Counted from the stretch's first letter, positions 24,311 through 35,549 are shown. The stretch: DNA of 64,000 nt from Felis catus (GCF_018350175.1 NC_058368.1:117554001-117618000), one strand, 5' to 3'. Translations and numbers: made by a program. The notes: a model not told the origin generated them from the sequence alone.

Positions 24311-26543
24311 CCCCCTCCCAGAGAAGTCCCGCATGGAGACGCCCCCTAAGAGACTTTCTCATGGCCAACAAAAGCCCTCCAACACCAGGAGACAGCCCAC
24401 ACCCAGGGAAGAAATGGCTCCAGAGGCCGGGTCCTCAGGAGAGAGAGGTATCCCAGAGCCTCCAGGAGAAAAGACAACTCAGAGCTGCCCAGTCTCTTCC
24501 CAAAGTGCTGCAGGTCAGAGACACCCCCAGAGGAGAGATACAGGGAGGGCCAGAAACATCCCTTCCCAGACATGCTGCAGAGATAGCCCCCTTCCCTGGG
24601 AAGAGAGATGGCCCAAGACTGACATGCCTTAAGTACTCCCAGGAACCCTGGGAGGAAAACAGGCTCCCCAGAGAGCCTGGGTAGGGGGGAGACATGCTCC
24701 CATGGTCCCCAGAGGGAATACATGTCCCTCCAGAGACTCCCAAAGGGAGAGATAGGGCCTAGGGAGCCCCCAGAGGTGAGAGATGCCCCAGAGACCCTCC
24801 CCCAGGGATGTGAGACACGCTTCAGGGACCCCAGGAGAGGTCCCATATACCCTCCCCCTACCAAGAGACATGCTCTGAAGTAGGGGGTTGGGGACCAACT
24901 AGGTCCCCTCTAGGAAGACACTGACTGGGTCAGGCTGGGTTTGAGGGGGTCTCCTCTGGCCAAATGTCGCCTATTTGTACATAAAACTGTACGCGACACA
25001 AGGCATTGGGGAAGGGTTTCACAGACCTAGGACCAATGGGGGTGATCCCCAGTGCTGTCACCCATCCCCTGCCCACCTTTGGTTTCACCTCTCGAGTGCC
25101 CAGGTGGTGAAAGACTCAGCACCCCGACCCCAACCAGGGGGCCAGGACTCTGCCTTGGCCTATGGGAAGGGCTCCCCCTCTGTGCTTCTCAGCCCTCCCA
25201 GCCATCTGGGCTACCCCCTTCCTTCTGGCTTTTCCATTGTGCAAAATGCTCCTCTGCCCTTCCACTCAGTGCTCAGGGGTCTCCAAAACCAGGGCAAGGT
25301 GCCCAGGCCACCAGGGGCTTCCAGGGGAGTCCATTGACTCCAGGAATGCCTCCTGTCTGGACCACCCTCTCCACCAAGCAAATGGGCCTCATACAATCTT
25401 CTTGCCAGAATCCTGACCTCCAGGACCCAGGACAGCCCTTGAGGCTACTGCCCCACCAGCTGGGCACCTCATGTTACCAACTCCACCACTATTGCACCTG
25501 CCCTGTTTGTGCAGGGGAAAGGGGCTGTCTCTTTAATAAGCCCCCAGCCCACTTCTGGGCCTCCCCCAGGGAAAGGAGCCTTTGGCCAACCCCCAGACCT
25601 GGTTGCTGCCACCCCAGCCCACTCTACCCTCTTCCCTCAATAGAAGGGCTGTGTATGCTGAGGCCACCAGCCTAACAATGCTCTCCTTCCCAGCACTGTT
25701 ACCCCAAGCCAAGTTAGGGGCAAGGAGCAGAGAATAGGGTGATTCTTCAGGCCCCTGGCTTTTCTAAGGTGGAGATGGGGTCTCTGGGGTTACAGGAGTC
25801 AAGACCCCAGCAGCACAGCTCCCAAAGGCACCAGACGACCCAGCAGCCTGTAACCACCCCCTCCCACCCTTGGGCTGCCCCCCAAGCTTAGACTAAGTCA
25901 AGCAAAGGCCATACCCTGAGTCTCCAGCCTCCCAGCCTGGGCCCCTGGGGAGCTGGAGAGGTATGGGCCAAGGCAGTGGGGGTTTCTGGAAGGGAGAGGG
26001 ACTGAGGCTTTGAGATGGCCACAGTGGGAGATGGGGGCTCTGCAGGATGCCCCTCACACCCTGGCCCCCTGAGGTGCAGAAAGGAATCCCACCTCATCAT
26101 GGCTGACTGGGCTTCTCTGCCCCCCAATCTCCCCACCCCCTCCCCCATGGGACCCCTGACCCTGGCAAAGGGAAGCCCAACTGGAAGAAGGGGGCCTGGA
26201 GCCCAGGGTGCCCTGAGGCAGCCCTTCCCACCCCCTGAGATCAAGGCAATGGTGGTTTTACAGGCTGACGGGTCAGTCATGGCAGGGGCTGGGGGTTGGG
26301 GGGCAGGGAGGGGGCAGGGTGCAGGTTCCCCCTGCTGGGGGCAGCGACCAGCCACCCCTTGAGCAAACCTTCCTGCTCCCAACTCACCCAACCAGGCCAG
26401 AGGCACAGTCATCCCACCCCTGTCCAGCTGCCCCCCACAGCCTCAGGGCCCCTCTGTGATGCTCATCTGGATGTGGGGGGGCCAGCCTGAGCAGGGATCC
26501 CCCCCCCAGGGCACAGCGCAACAGTTCCAAAAAAATAGAGATT

Positions 26544-26549
26544 TGTATT
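26544..26549 (-). terminator. Candidate proximal poly(A) signal (AATACA variant) of the long isoform
   Basis: AATACA within an AU-rich patch in otherwise GC-rich UTR, about 940 nt after the stop, with a U-run downstream. Confidence 0.45.
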
Positions 26550-27484
26550 TTTAAAAAAAATTAAATAAAAGCCCAGCTCTGCTGATAGGCGAATGTTACC
26601 CCCATTCCCACCCCCACCCACCCACTGTTTCCCTGGCCTGCACCCCCATCCCACTACGGCCCCAGGGGTATTTACAACATGGAACAGTAGAGGCCTGGGG
26701 TGGGGGGCACTGCGGCAGGGAGGAGGGGGCACAGGGCAGCCCCCCCTCCGAGGGGTCCCCCAAGACAACACAACATCAACAAGAAAAGTTGCAAATCAGG
26801 CAGAAATGGGGACATCATTCCAAGGTCCTTATATACAGACACTGCATGACCAGTAGGGAAGGGGGGTGCCCAGATGGGATCAGGCATGGGCATGTGGCAG
26901 GCAGGTGGGCCAGCCCAGGAGCAGTATAGGAAGACAAGGCCTCCGCCCCACTCCCACCCCCATCCCCACCCCACCTTTGGTAACAAAAGCCCTTCAGGGA
27001 GCCCCTGGGGGTCAAGAGTTTCCTCTGGGAGTTCCCAGGGAGAGGGGCTCCCCAGTTCAGCCCTGAAGCAGGGCCGGAATGGGGACATCCTGTCTCCACC
27101 CTAGTCGGCCATGCGAGAAACAATGAGTTAAAAGTGTGTTGCCCACCCTTGACTCCACCATCTGCCCGAAGTGAGGGGGTGCTCCCTGGAAGTTGAGAGA
27201 AGGGAGCCTAGACATTGTAGAGGAGCCCTCTTGGGCACCAGCTGGGGGGAGCCCCATAAAGGGGAAGAAGGGCTCCCAGGGGCTGGGGGATGAAGTGAGG
27301 AGAAAGGACCTGGACCCTGCATGGGGGAAGGGCCTGCGTGGTCATGAGGCCAGTACTCACCCCCACGTAGGGCCCTGGCCAGGAAGTCCACGCTGGAGGG
27401 GTCAGGAGCAGGGCCCTGGAATGGGCCCATCTGGGAGCTGGCCGGTGGCTGGGGGAGGGGCATGGCCACAGGCCAGAAGGGGGC

Positions 27485-27879
27485 TCACAGGTAGATCTCG
27501 CGCTTGGCTGTCTGGGCAGATGCCGGTGTGGCTGCAGGTGGGAAGTCCGAGGTCTGGGTCAGGGGGATTTCCTCCAAGGTGGCCGAGTCCTTGCAGGAAT
27601 CATGGCTACTGTGGGAGAAGGCACTGTAGGAGGGCAGGAGGCGCACGGGGGCCGTTTTGGTGTTCCGGTCTTCCGGGGGGCTGGGGCTGCCGGCGCCCAC
27701 AGGCTCCTGCCCTCCTCGGTCCTGGTAAGGCACGAAGGTGGAGAGTTTGAGGGCGCTGCTCTTGGTCCGGCGGCTGGGAGACGACTGGCCAGGCATCCAG
27801 CACGTGTCGGAGTGGCCAAACTCACTGCACTCCTGGGTACATGTGCCTGTCATGGCAACATCAGGCAAAGGGCGCAGGT
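27485..27879 (-). CDS. PCDH1: PCDH1 terminal coding exon 5: CM2 (CTQECSEFGHSDTCWMP), LSTFVP, C-terminus REIYL*
   Basis: Acceptor gtctcctgcag|AC (G|AC = Asp), TGA at 27487-27485; ORF 27485..27868. Confidence 0.97.
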
Positions 27880-28290
27880 CTGCAGGAGACAGTGGGGAGG
27901 ACAGTCTTCAGGCAAAGAAACCTCACAAAGCTCCACTCCGTGGCTTCCCACAGGTGCCCACACCCTGCCTCAGAACAGGGTGCGCGCCCTCTTTGCCCAC
28001 TGAGTTCACAGGTACACACACCTGCAAATAGACACACACCCTCCCACCATCCACCGCATGCTCTTCTCTCTCTCTTTCTCATACAATCTATCCTTAAATA
28101 GATGCGTTCCTCCATCCTCAGCCACCCCCCAGCTCTCCTATCAACACGCCCACCAAATCTGCCCTCAGACAGGTGCATAAACACAGAACCCATCTACACA
28201 CCCCATCATCTATCTATCTCCAGACCGGCTTAAACGAGCAACTCTACCCTTAGGAGTGTGAAACCCCCATCCTCATTTAAAGGCACAATA

Positions 28291-28323
28291 TCTCTGTCTG
28301 TCTGTCTCTCTCTCACACACACA

Positions 28324-28372
<49 letters not shown>
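28291..28372. repeat. Compound (TCTG)n(TC)n(CA)n microsatellite in intron 4
   Basis: Direct read. Confidence 0.9.
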
Positions 28373-28374
<2 letters not shown>

Positions 28375-29096
28375 CTATCCTCAGATAGGCATGGACACAC
28401 AGATCTACACTGGGCATCTGAATCCTCAGACGAAGGTGGGCACATACCTTCTGAACCCCCTCAAACTCACCATGCTCCCAGCTGTCCTGGAACCCCACCC
28501 TTCCCCAGCATAGCAAGGCCCTTCTTTAAAGCCAGGGAGAGGGGATGAGCTTCTGTGTGGACAGTTCACATAGAAGCACACACCCAGGTACTCACAAGCA
28601 CACTCATGCAACCCCTCCCCACCTCACTCCAGCCCCCTATGCCAACCACCACCCCTGGCCTAGCTCCGGCTCCCTGCCCAGAACACCCACGGGAACAGGA
28701 GTTGGCCGCCTGACATCAGTAGCCGGTGTGGTTGCTGGGCAGCGGGGGTCTCCATGGGAACGGCTGGGCCATGAGCACTTCCTGTCACAGTTGCCCCTGT
28801 CCCGCCCTTGCTCAGGGACGGTACCAGGCGGTGACCCTCCCTCAGGGACATGACTGAGCAGCACTGCCTCGGGCAGGGGCTCCCTTGGTACCACCCACCC
28901 TGGCTTGGCCTCCTGCCAGTGCAAGGTGAGGAGGGGACAGCTCTGTTGTTAACCCTCAAAGCACCAAGGCTCTTCAGCTCAGGGCAGAGTTGGGAGACCC
29001 AACTTGGCACAGAGCAGAGCATGGGCACTGGGTGGGCGGAGCTGGGTGCTGGGCCAAGTCCCACAGACCCCAGACCCCAGAGCAGCTCCCACATAC

Positions 29097-29135
29097 CTGG
29101 CACTCCGCCTCAGGGCCTGCTCCGGCCAGCCGGCT
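29097..29135 (-). CDS. PCDH1: Candidate 39-nt PCDH1 cassette exon in intron 4 encoding EPAGRSRP*
   Basis: tctcgtcctttttgtgcccgcgcag|AGCCGG...GTGCCAG|GTATGT; CpG-rich relative to the flanking intron; in phase 1 reads E-P-A-G-R-S-R-P-TGA. Confidence 0.65.
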
Positions 29136-29789
29136 CTGCGCGGGCACAAAAAGGACGAGATGGGCATGAGATAGAGCATGGAGGGGCATAGTGGGGTGGA
29201 GGGCCCTCTGAGACCTAGGGCCTGGGATGTCAGACAAGTGCCCTGTTCCTGAGGGCTGGGGAGTGGAACTTTTCATCGTTTTTGGGGGGGTAGTTTGGAC
29301 GGAGGGAGGGGGCAAGACCCAAAGACAGCTATAAGGTGGAGAGTCTTTCAGTCCTAAGGGGAAGCTTATTCAGTCTCCCCCTCCACAAGCTACCATGGAT
29401 GCCTGCAGACACACACACATGCAATACGCACTACACAGACACACACATTTTGACAGCACACCCACCATCTATCCCCACACTGACCTCTGCTCTGGCCCAG
29501 ACATCCCTTCTGCCATCACCCTTCAAACCCCTCCCAGACAAGCCTTTCCCCTCCCCACACCTCCCCGCTCCCTTTCCTCAGCTAAACCCTCTCCGGCTCC
29601 TCCTCTCAGGGGATCATCATACCCTTTTCTGAGCTCCTCATAGCATCCAGGGTCCCCTCCCCTTTCTCAAGGCCCTCTGACCCCATTAAAGGACCCTCAT
29701 TACCTCGAGGTTCCCCTAAGATTCCCTCACCACCACCTGAGCCCTCTGGCCACCATTCTCCCGGTCCCTGTTCCCAGGAAGTCAGTATA

Positions 29790-30035
29790 ATGTGGTACTG
29801 AATGCAAGGTCTTAGGAGTCAGAGAAGCCTGGGTTTGAATCCCTCCCAGCTCTGTCACTTCCTGCGTATTACTTTGGGCAAGTGACTCAACCTCTCTGAG
29901 CTCACCGTTACTCCATTATAAAGAGAACAATAAAGTTCTCAGATCAGAGAGAAGTTGTGAAGATTAAATGGGTATATGGCTGAAAGCACTCAGCACCGCG
30001 ATTACTGCTGAACACACAGCAGGAGCTCAATAAAT
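29790..30035 (+). mobile_element. MIR in intron 4
   Basis: cctgggtttgaatccc...ttgggcaagtgactcaacctctctgagctc. Confidence 0.8.
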
Positions 30036-30116
30036 GGAAGGTATGTTTAAACTCCGGTCACCATTCTCAGCTCCTGCCCACTCCCGGGGCACCCTGACCG
30101 TGCTGGTGCTCCTCAC

Positions 30117-30336
30117 CGTTCTCAGGGTGCTCCATCTCTCCTATGCTGCCATCGGGCGTCGTGCGCTCGTAGTGGTCCTCGGGCAGGGCCAGGGGGCCGA
30201 GCCGGGGTCCCGAGGACGACTTGCTGGACGGCGTCTCAGACTCCTCCAGGCCACTGTCATAGTAACTGTGCTGGGACGGGTCCTGCAGCTCCTGGGCCTG
30301 ACTGGTGGCGGAGAATGTGACGCGGCGGTGAGGTAA
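30117..30336 (-). CDS. PCDH1: PCDH1 coding exon 4 (220 nt): RRVTF PP1-docking motif and CM1 (YYDSGLEESE)
   Basis: Acceptor ccccgcag|TTA, donor ACG|GTGAGG; peptide LPHRRVTFSATSQ...EMEHPEN. Confidence 0.97.
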
Positions 30337-32269
30337 CTGCGGGGACAAGGAGTGTCACTGCTGGCAGGCGGGCTGGCCCCAGGGGGCCCACCACCACCGA
30401 GAACCCCAGCCCCTGCTAGGCCTGCTCCAGAGCTTCCGGTCCCCCAGGCCTCAGCAGCACCCGAGAGGAGGCCCAGCCCCCCTAGCAACAGCAGAGCCCC
30501 CAAGAAAGCACAGATGCCAGTCGAGGACTTCCCCTTAATTCTAGGACAGCTCCCAGGATAGCCAAGGCCACACTGAAAGTCCCAACACAGCATAGGCCCC
30601 GGTGTTGTTAGAGCCCCCCAGGCTACCACAGTAAGCCTAATCCAGTACAACCACTCACCGCCGCACAGCTTCCCAGTATTGCCACAGCCGTTAATTCTAG
30701 AACAGCCCACACCAGAATAGCACAATACCAGCCAACTCCCCTAATTCCAGCATAGCCTTCAAACACGAGCAAGCTTCCGATTTCTAGAACAGCTTCCTTA
30801 AAGCAGTATGAACTCTTTGTTCCAAAACAGCTCACCGATACCAGAACGGTTCCCTAATTTCCAAATAGCATCCCCGAACTTCAGCTCCTCACCTGTCTCA
30901 TTGCTCTGTAACTTCCCATTGCCTCCATCCAAATGAGATCGCAAGGTCTTTCTGATCCTCTGTTCCTACCCCTGCTGTGTGTTGCTGCCCGCTGCCTCAG
31001 GACTCCCTCCTGCGTCCCCTCCCACTCAAGCCCCTTGTCCCCACTTCATCCCCCTCTAGAGAGGCCTGGGAATGGAAAAAGGTGGGAGGGAAGAAGGAAG
31101 GGGAGCCTGATAACAAACCAGGGCCCCTTGGGGGTGGGGAAGCAGAACAATGGAAACTCCTCCATCCTCCAGATCAGGAAAACAGTATTAACTGTAGAGG
31201 GCTGGGCCCAGGAGGACCTGGGCATAGGGGGATGGGCCTGGCATCCATCAGGAATTAGGAAGGCCGGCCTCAAATGGATTCTCCTTCTAGGAAATGGGAA
31301 GGAGCTTCTGGGAGGGGTTGTGGCTTGGTGGAGCCAGGACTTAGAAGCTTGGACTGGGGGTTGGGATAGGGGCAGTGGAACCGTGACAGGCGGCTCCAGG
31401 CAGCCCTGTCTGCCTGCCACAGGTTAATGATCATCCCAGGAACCTGGCAACCTCAGCTTGGCACTTGGCACCACCAACCAGTCACCCAAACACCCACCTG
31501 GGACTGCCACTGATTTTCCTGCCAACCAGAAATCAGGAGTTGTGGAGGGTGTAGACCCAGGGTCCCTGGAAGCTAGGGGTGGGAGTAGCTCAGGCCAGGG
31601 CTCTCCTGGGGCTGAGTCTCCAGGCTCCCTCCAATCCTCCAAGACTTCGCTGGTGCTTTGTCTTTATTCTAAAGCCCTCAACAGGAACTTATCAACAAGG
31701 CCAGAGGAAGGGGTCCTGAGTTTGCAGACCCACCCTCCTGATACCATAACAATCTCCATCCCATCCAAGGCAGTTGGGGTGGTGACGGGAGCTGTCAGGA
31801 CAAGGAGCACTGAAGCTTTTGGGAAGGCAGCCCAGAACTACCTTCCCATCTTGGCTCCCACCTCGTCTTCAGGAATAGGCAACCCTTCTTGGGATCCATG
31901 TTGTTATCCAAAACACCGAATGGTCTGGGTGATGACAGACGAGGTCCCCAAAATGGACCTGGACATTTGGGGCTGGGATGTTGTAAAGGAGCATCGTCCA
32001 CCTGGTGTTGAAGTGAACAGTCTCCAGGAGGGGGTCTGTGAGGCACAGGGACATCTGGTTGTCAGGTGCTTCTCCTTCCAGTTTTCTCCAAGATGACAGC
32101 CAGTAACTCTCCCTCCCCAAAAAACCTACTACATTTGGTAATCCAAAGCTTCAGACTTGCCCACTAGGCATGCCCCTTGGTCTCTTTTGCCTTGGATTTT
32201 TTTTTTCTGTAAAATGAAGGGTTGGATCATACTCAACCCTAAACATTCCCTGTAATTCTTATCACTATC

Positions 32270-32990
32270 AAATCTTAAAAAGCCTAGATCCCAAATCTCT
32301 CTGACTCCAGTCCTGAAGTTCTAGACATTTGCTGGGTATTTCCTTTTGGCCATCCCTACTGGTCCTTCAGATTCAACAAATCTGAAACCAAATTCTTCTT
32401 TTTCTTTCACCAGCTTATGCATGGGCAGCAACTTCAGCACTGTCCCATCACCCAGACACAGAAGGAAAATGTTTACCTGGGAATCCTGGTAGGTGTCATA
32501 CTCATTCCCCCTCCCTACCCTATATCCAGTCATCCTGTGAGCCCTACAGGTTGTTTCTCCCTAAGTTTAGCCAAATCCATCCATTCATTGTCCCCACTGC
32601 CACCATTTTAGTCCAGACCTTAGAGTTTCAGTCTTGTACCTTCACCTTTACCCCCTTTATATCCACCATACGTTCCACTGGACTTTCTAAAACTCAGTTC
32701 ATCCAAAACTCATGAGCTTTTTCAGGGGCTCCCTTTCCTGTTCAGGAACTTCTGGCATGGCATCTGTGTCACCTACAACCTACAGTTCTTCCCATCTCCT
32801 CTCTCAGCTCTCTTCTATAGCCTTCATGCCAACCAGAATATTCTGCTTCCTGCCCTCTCCCTGTCCCCAAGTTGGCCATGCTCACTGCTGCCTCAGGAGC
32901 TGGTTCCCTTGGTTGAACCTCCTGCCCAGCTCCTGCTCATCACTGAAGAGCTGGCTCAAGTTTGACATTTTCCTTCCAGGAGCCCACTCC
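32270..32990 (+). mobile_element. L2 fragment in intron 3
   Basis: C/T-rich L2-like text (ttcagattcaacaaatctgaaaccaaattc; ctgccaccattttagtccagacc). Confidence 0.55.
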
Positions 32991-33044
32991 CATGTCCTCT
33001 GCAGATGTTATACTGCGTTCCTCAAAGAAAGGGAGGGGGCACTA

Positions 33045-33190
33045 TGGTCAAATAAATTGGGAAAACCCAGAGTTATACAAAGTGTAACAGGCTCCCCCCA
33101 ATTCTCACAGGATTGGCAGAGCCTTTAATCGGTTAATGTGATAGTGCATCTCTTACTCCCCAAACTAACTTAATCACAGGACCCCTTTTG
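33045..33190. mobile_element. hAT-Charlie-type MITE remnant
   Basis: ggtcaaataaattgggaaa...agagcctttaat...cccaaactaacttaatcacagg has inverted-repeat character. Confidence 0.45.
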
Positions 33191-33385
33191 TATAGTATTA
33201 TGGAGAAGAGCAGACTCTGGAAGTCAGATTTCCTGATGCTTTCCGTTTGAATTCTGACTCCATCACTAACTAGTTTTCACTTCTGGAAAATGAGCATCAT
33301 AATGACTTATGTCACAAAGACTTATGAGCACTGAATGTGCTAATTCACATAAAGTGCTGAGTAGGGTACATTGTACCTAGTAGAA

Positions 33386-33418
<33 letters not shown>

Positions 33419-34910
33419 AAGCATCTAGTTGCAGAAGTTATAGTGGAACAACTTGGAAAAAGCTTTACTATGTCCCACTCGACATTTAAGATTCTCAGTT
33501 GCCTCATCTTTTGCCTTGCATGTGTCATACAAATACGACCATTTCCCTTCAGGGTCTAGTACTACGCTGACCACACAGTAGAAACTTGGCCTAGGTGTTT
33601 CAGTGGCAACCATGGTGTTGTGGTTTGGTTGTGTCTGAATGTTGGGAGATGTGCAATGTGGCTCCGTGGATGTGTTGGGTTGCAGCTGAGTAAGGGATAA
33701 TCCCTCAGCTGTTGGGAAATAAAAAGAGATGAAGAAGCTAAAGGGAAAAGAGAAAGATGCACCTGGCAGCAGCAAGCATGGGAACAAAAGAGAAAGAATG
33801 GTTGGTCAGGAGTTGCTGGAGGTCCCCCTAGAGATACTTATTTGTCCAGGTGAAATGACATGAAACTAGATTTCACTTGCCCATGCCCCACTCCTCCAAA
33901 GCCCCCAGGAGTTTTTACTTTGGGGGTACGCCCAGGGCATTGGGGAGTTTGTGGACAGAATCAGGGTAGAGAGCTGGCGCCTTGAACCTCCTGGGAGTGT
34001 CTCAAGGCTCTTCAGTCACCATGGAGATGCATTGCCTCTGGCCTCAGAGACTCTCCCAGGACCTGAGGCCCCTCACCCAGGCTTTAGCCCCTGTCCCCCT
34101 TGGGCACAGCCAGAGACAGGGCAGACCCAGGAGAGCAAGAAGTGAGAGATGGAGAGAGAGAGAGTGAGTGAGAGCCAGCAGCCCAGGGGTGGCCAGAGCA
34201 AGGAGCTGAAGGAAGGGAAGTGAGGAGGGGTAGGATTAGGATACCTCAGCCTCAGTCAGAAGGGAGCACCCTAAGAGTGGGGATACAGAGCAGGCCAAAT
34301 CCAAAGAACCTCAGGATTCCCTCCCGTCTCCCTGGGCCCTCCCTCCCAGTAGCCCAGGCTGGCGATCATGGTGAGGACATGCAGGGCAGGGCCCAGTAAT
34401 TGTTGGGAATTGAGTGCTGTCGGGATGAAACAGCTGGGAAAGGGACTTGGGGAGACCGTGTCCTGGGGGAAGGTGGCTGGTATAATCAAGGGCGGGCAGT
34501 ACTCCTCGCTGTACTCCTCCCTCACCCGGTGCTCTGGCCTGAGCTCTGTCAGGGACTGCTCAATGTGAGCAGATTGGAAGGGTCAAGTCTCAGCCAATGG
34601 ACAAAGGGCGGGACTTGGGTGCATTTCACTTGGGTGCAGCTGCCCTTTCTTGGCGCAGGACGTCGTTCCTAGGGAGAAGGCTTCACAAACATGGGATGAG
34701 GGGACATGCTGTCAGATGTGGGGGTAGATGGGATGACAGTAAATTAAGATAGGGTTGGCGTTGAACACAGGTCTAGGAAGTGGGAAGGGGCAAAGAGAAG
34801 GGATGGGGAAATTGGGTGGAAACCTAAGGACAAAGGGCTGTTTCCAGTCTCTCTCACTCCTTCTCTCAGTTCCCGGAAAATAAGAAACCAAAACTCCAAA
34901 AATAGAGAAC

Positions 34911-34916
34911 TTTATT
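34911..34916 (-). terminator. Poly(A) signal of the PCDH1 short isoform (intronic)
   Basis: AATAAA about 550 nt after the short-isoform stop, followed by a U/GU-rich downstream element (gttctctatttttggagttttggtttc). Confidence 0.85.
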
Positions 34917-35465
34917 GTCAGAGGTAAGTGTTTGGGTCTGGGGAAGGGGAGCTGGGGCCCAGCCACAGGAGCCTGGGGTGGGGAGGAGGCTGACACAGCA
35001 CACCTAGAGACACAAATAGGGAGGCCCCCTTCCCTGACAGAGTCCCTATCAGTTACCCCCTAGGACCCCTGGTCTCCCTGTTTCCCTTCTAGAGAAGCAC
35101 CAATGGCGGGTCTCAGCTAGAGACCCAGGTTTGGAATAGACTTCTTCACTTCCCTCCCACATCTTCTACCTTCAAACCCCTCTGCTCACCCACCCATCAG
35201 CCCCCACCAGCTAGACCAGGTGGGGTCTAGTGTCTCGGGATTTGACAATCACAGGCTTCTCCCAGTGGGGCGGGAGCAAGGAGGAGGATGCCACAGAGCA
35301 CACCCTCCCTCAATTTTCACTAAGCCTAACGCTCTGGGCCTGGGTGAGGCAGCAGTGTCATCACCAAGGCCCCAGCATCCCCAGATCTTTGGTCCCACCT
35401 CCCACCACTGGCTCGGGTCAGTCCCTACGGGCTGGTGAGCACATAGGTCTGATACACCTGCTCTG

Positions 35466-35549
35466 TCACTCCCATACCTCAGTCCAGATGGCCCCATGAT
35501 AGGGGTGGGGTAGGGGCCGGGGTGTGCTGAGCCGCAAGGGCTGGCCTAC
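35466..35549 (-). CDS. PCDH1: PCDH1 short-isoform C-terminus (exon 3 read-through, VGQPLR...WTEVWE*), 1060 aa total
   Basis: Frame stays open past the donor to TGA at 35468-35466; 301+759 = 1060 aa, the length I recall for the human short isoform; own AATAAA at 34916-34911. Confidence 0.9.
   Translation of the reverse strand, partial: VGQPLRLSTPRPLPHPYHGAIWTEVWE

Noticed and set aside
24130..24880. CRISPR-like repeat-spacer array (also 30530-30890 and 52870-53580)
   Set aside because: Units are neither identical nor evenly spaced, there are no cas genes, and the context is mammalian.
22598..25675. Several 130-207 aa ORFs in the 3' CpG island and UTR
   Set aside because: Open on both strands because of composition; no domain or exon structure.
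31458..32096. 212-aa + strand ORF in intron 3
   Set aside because: Non-ATG start, no recognisable domain; compatible with chance.
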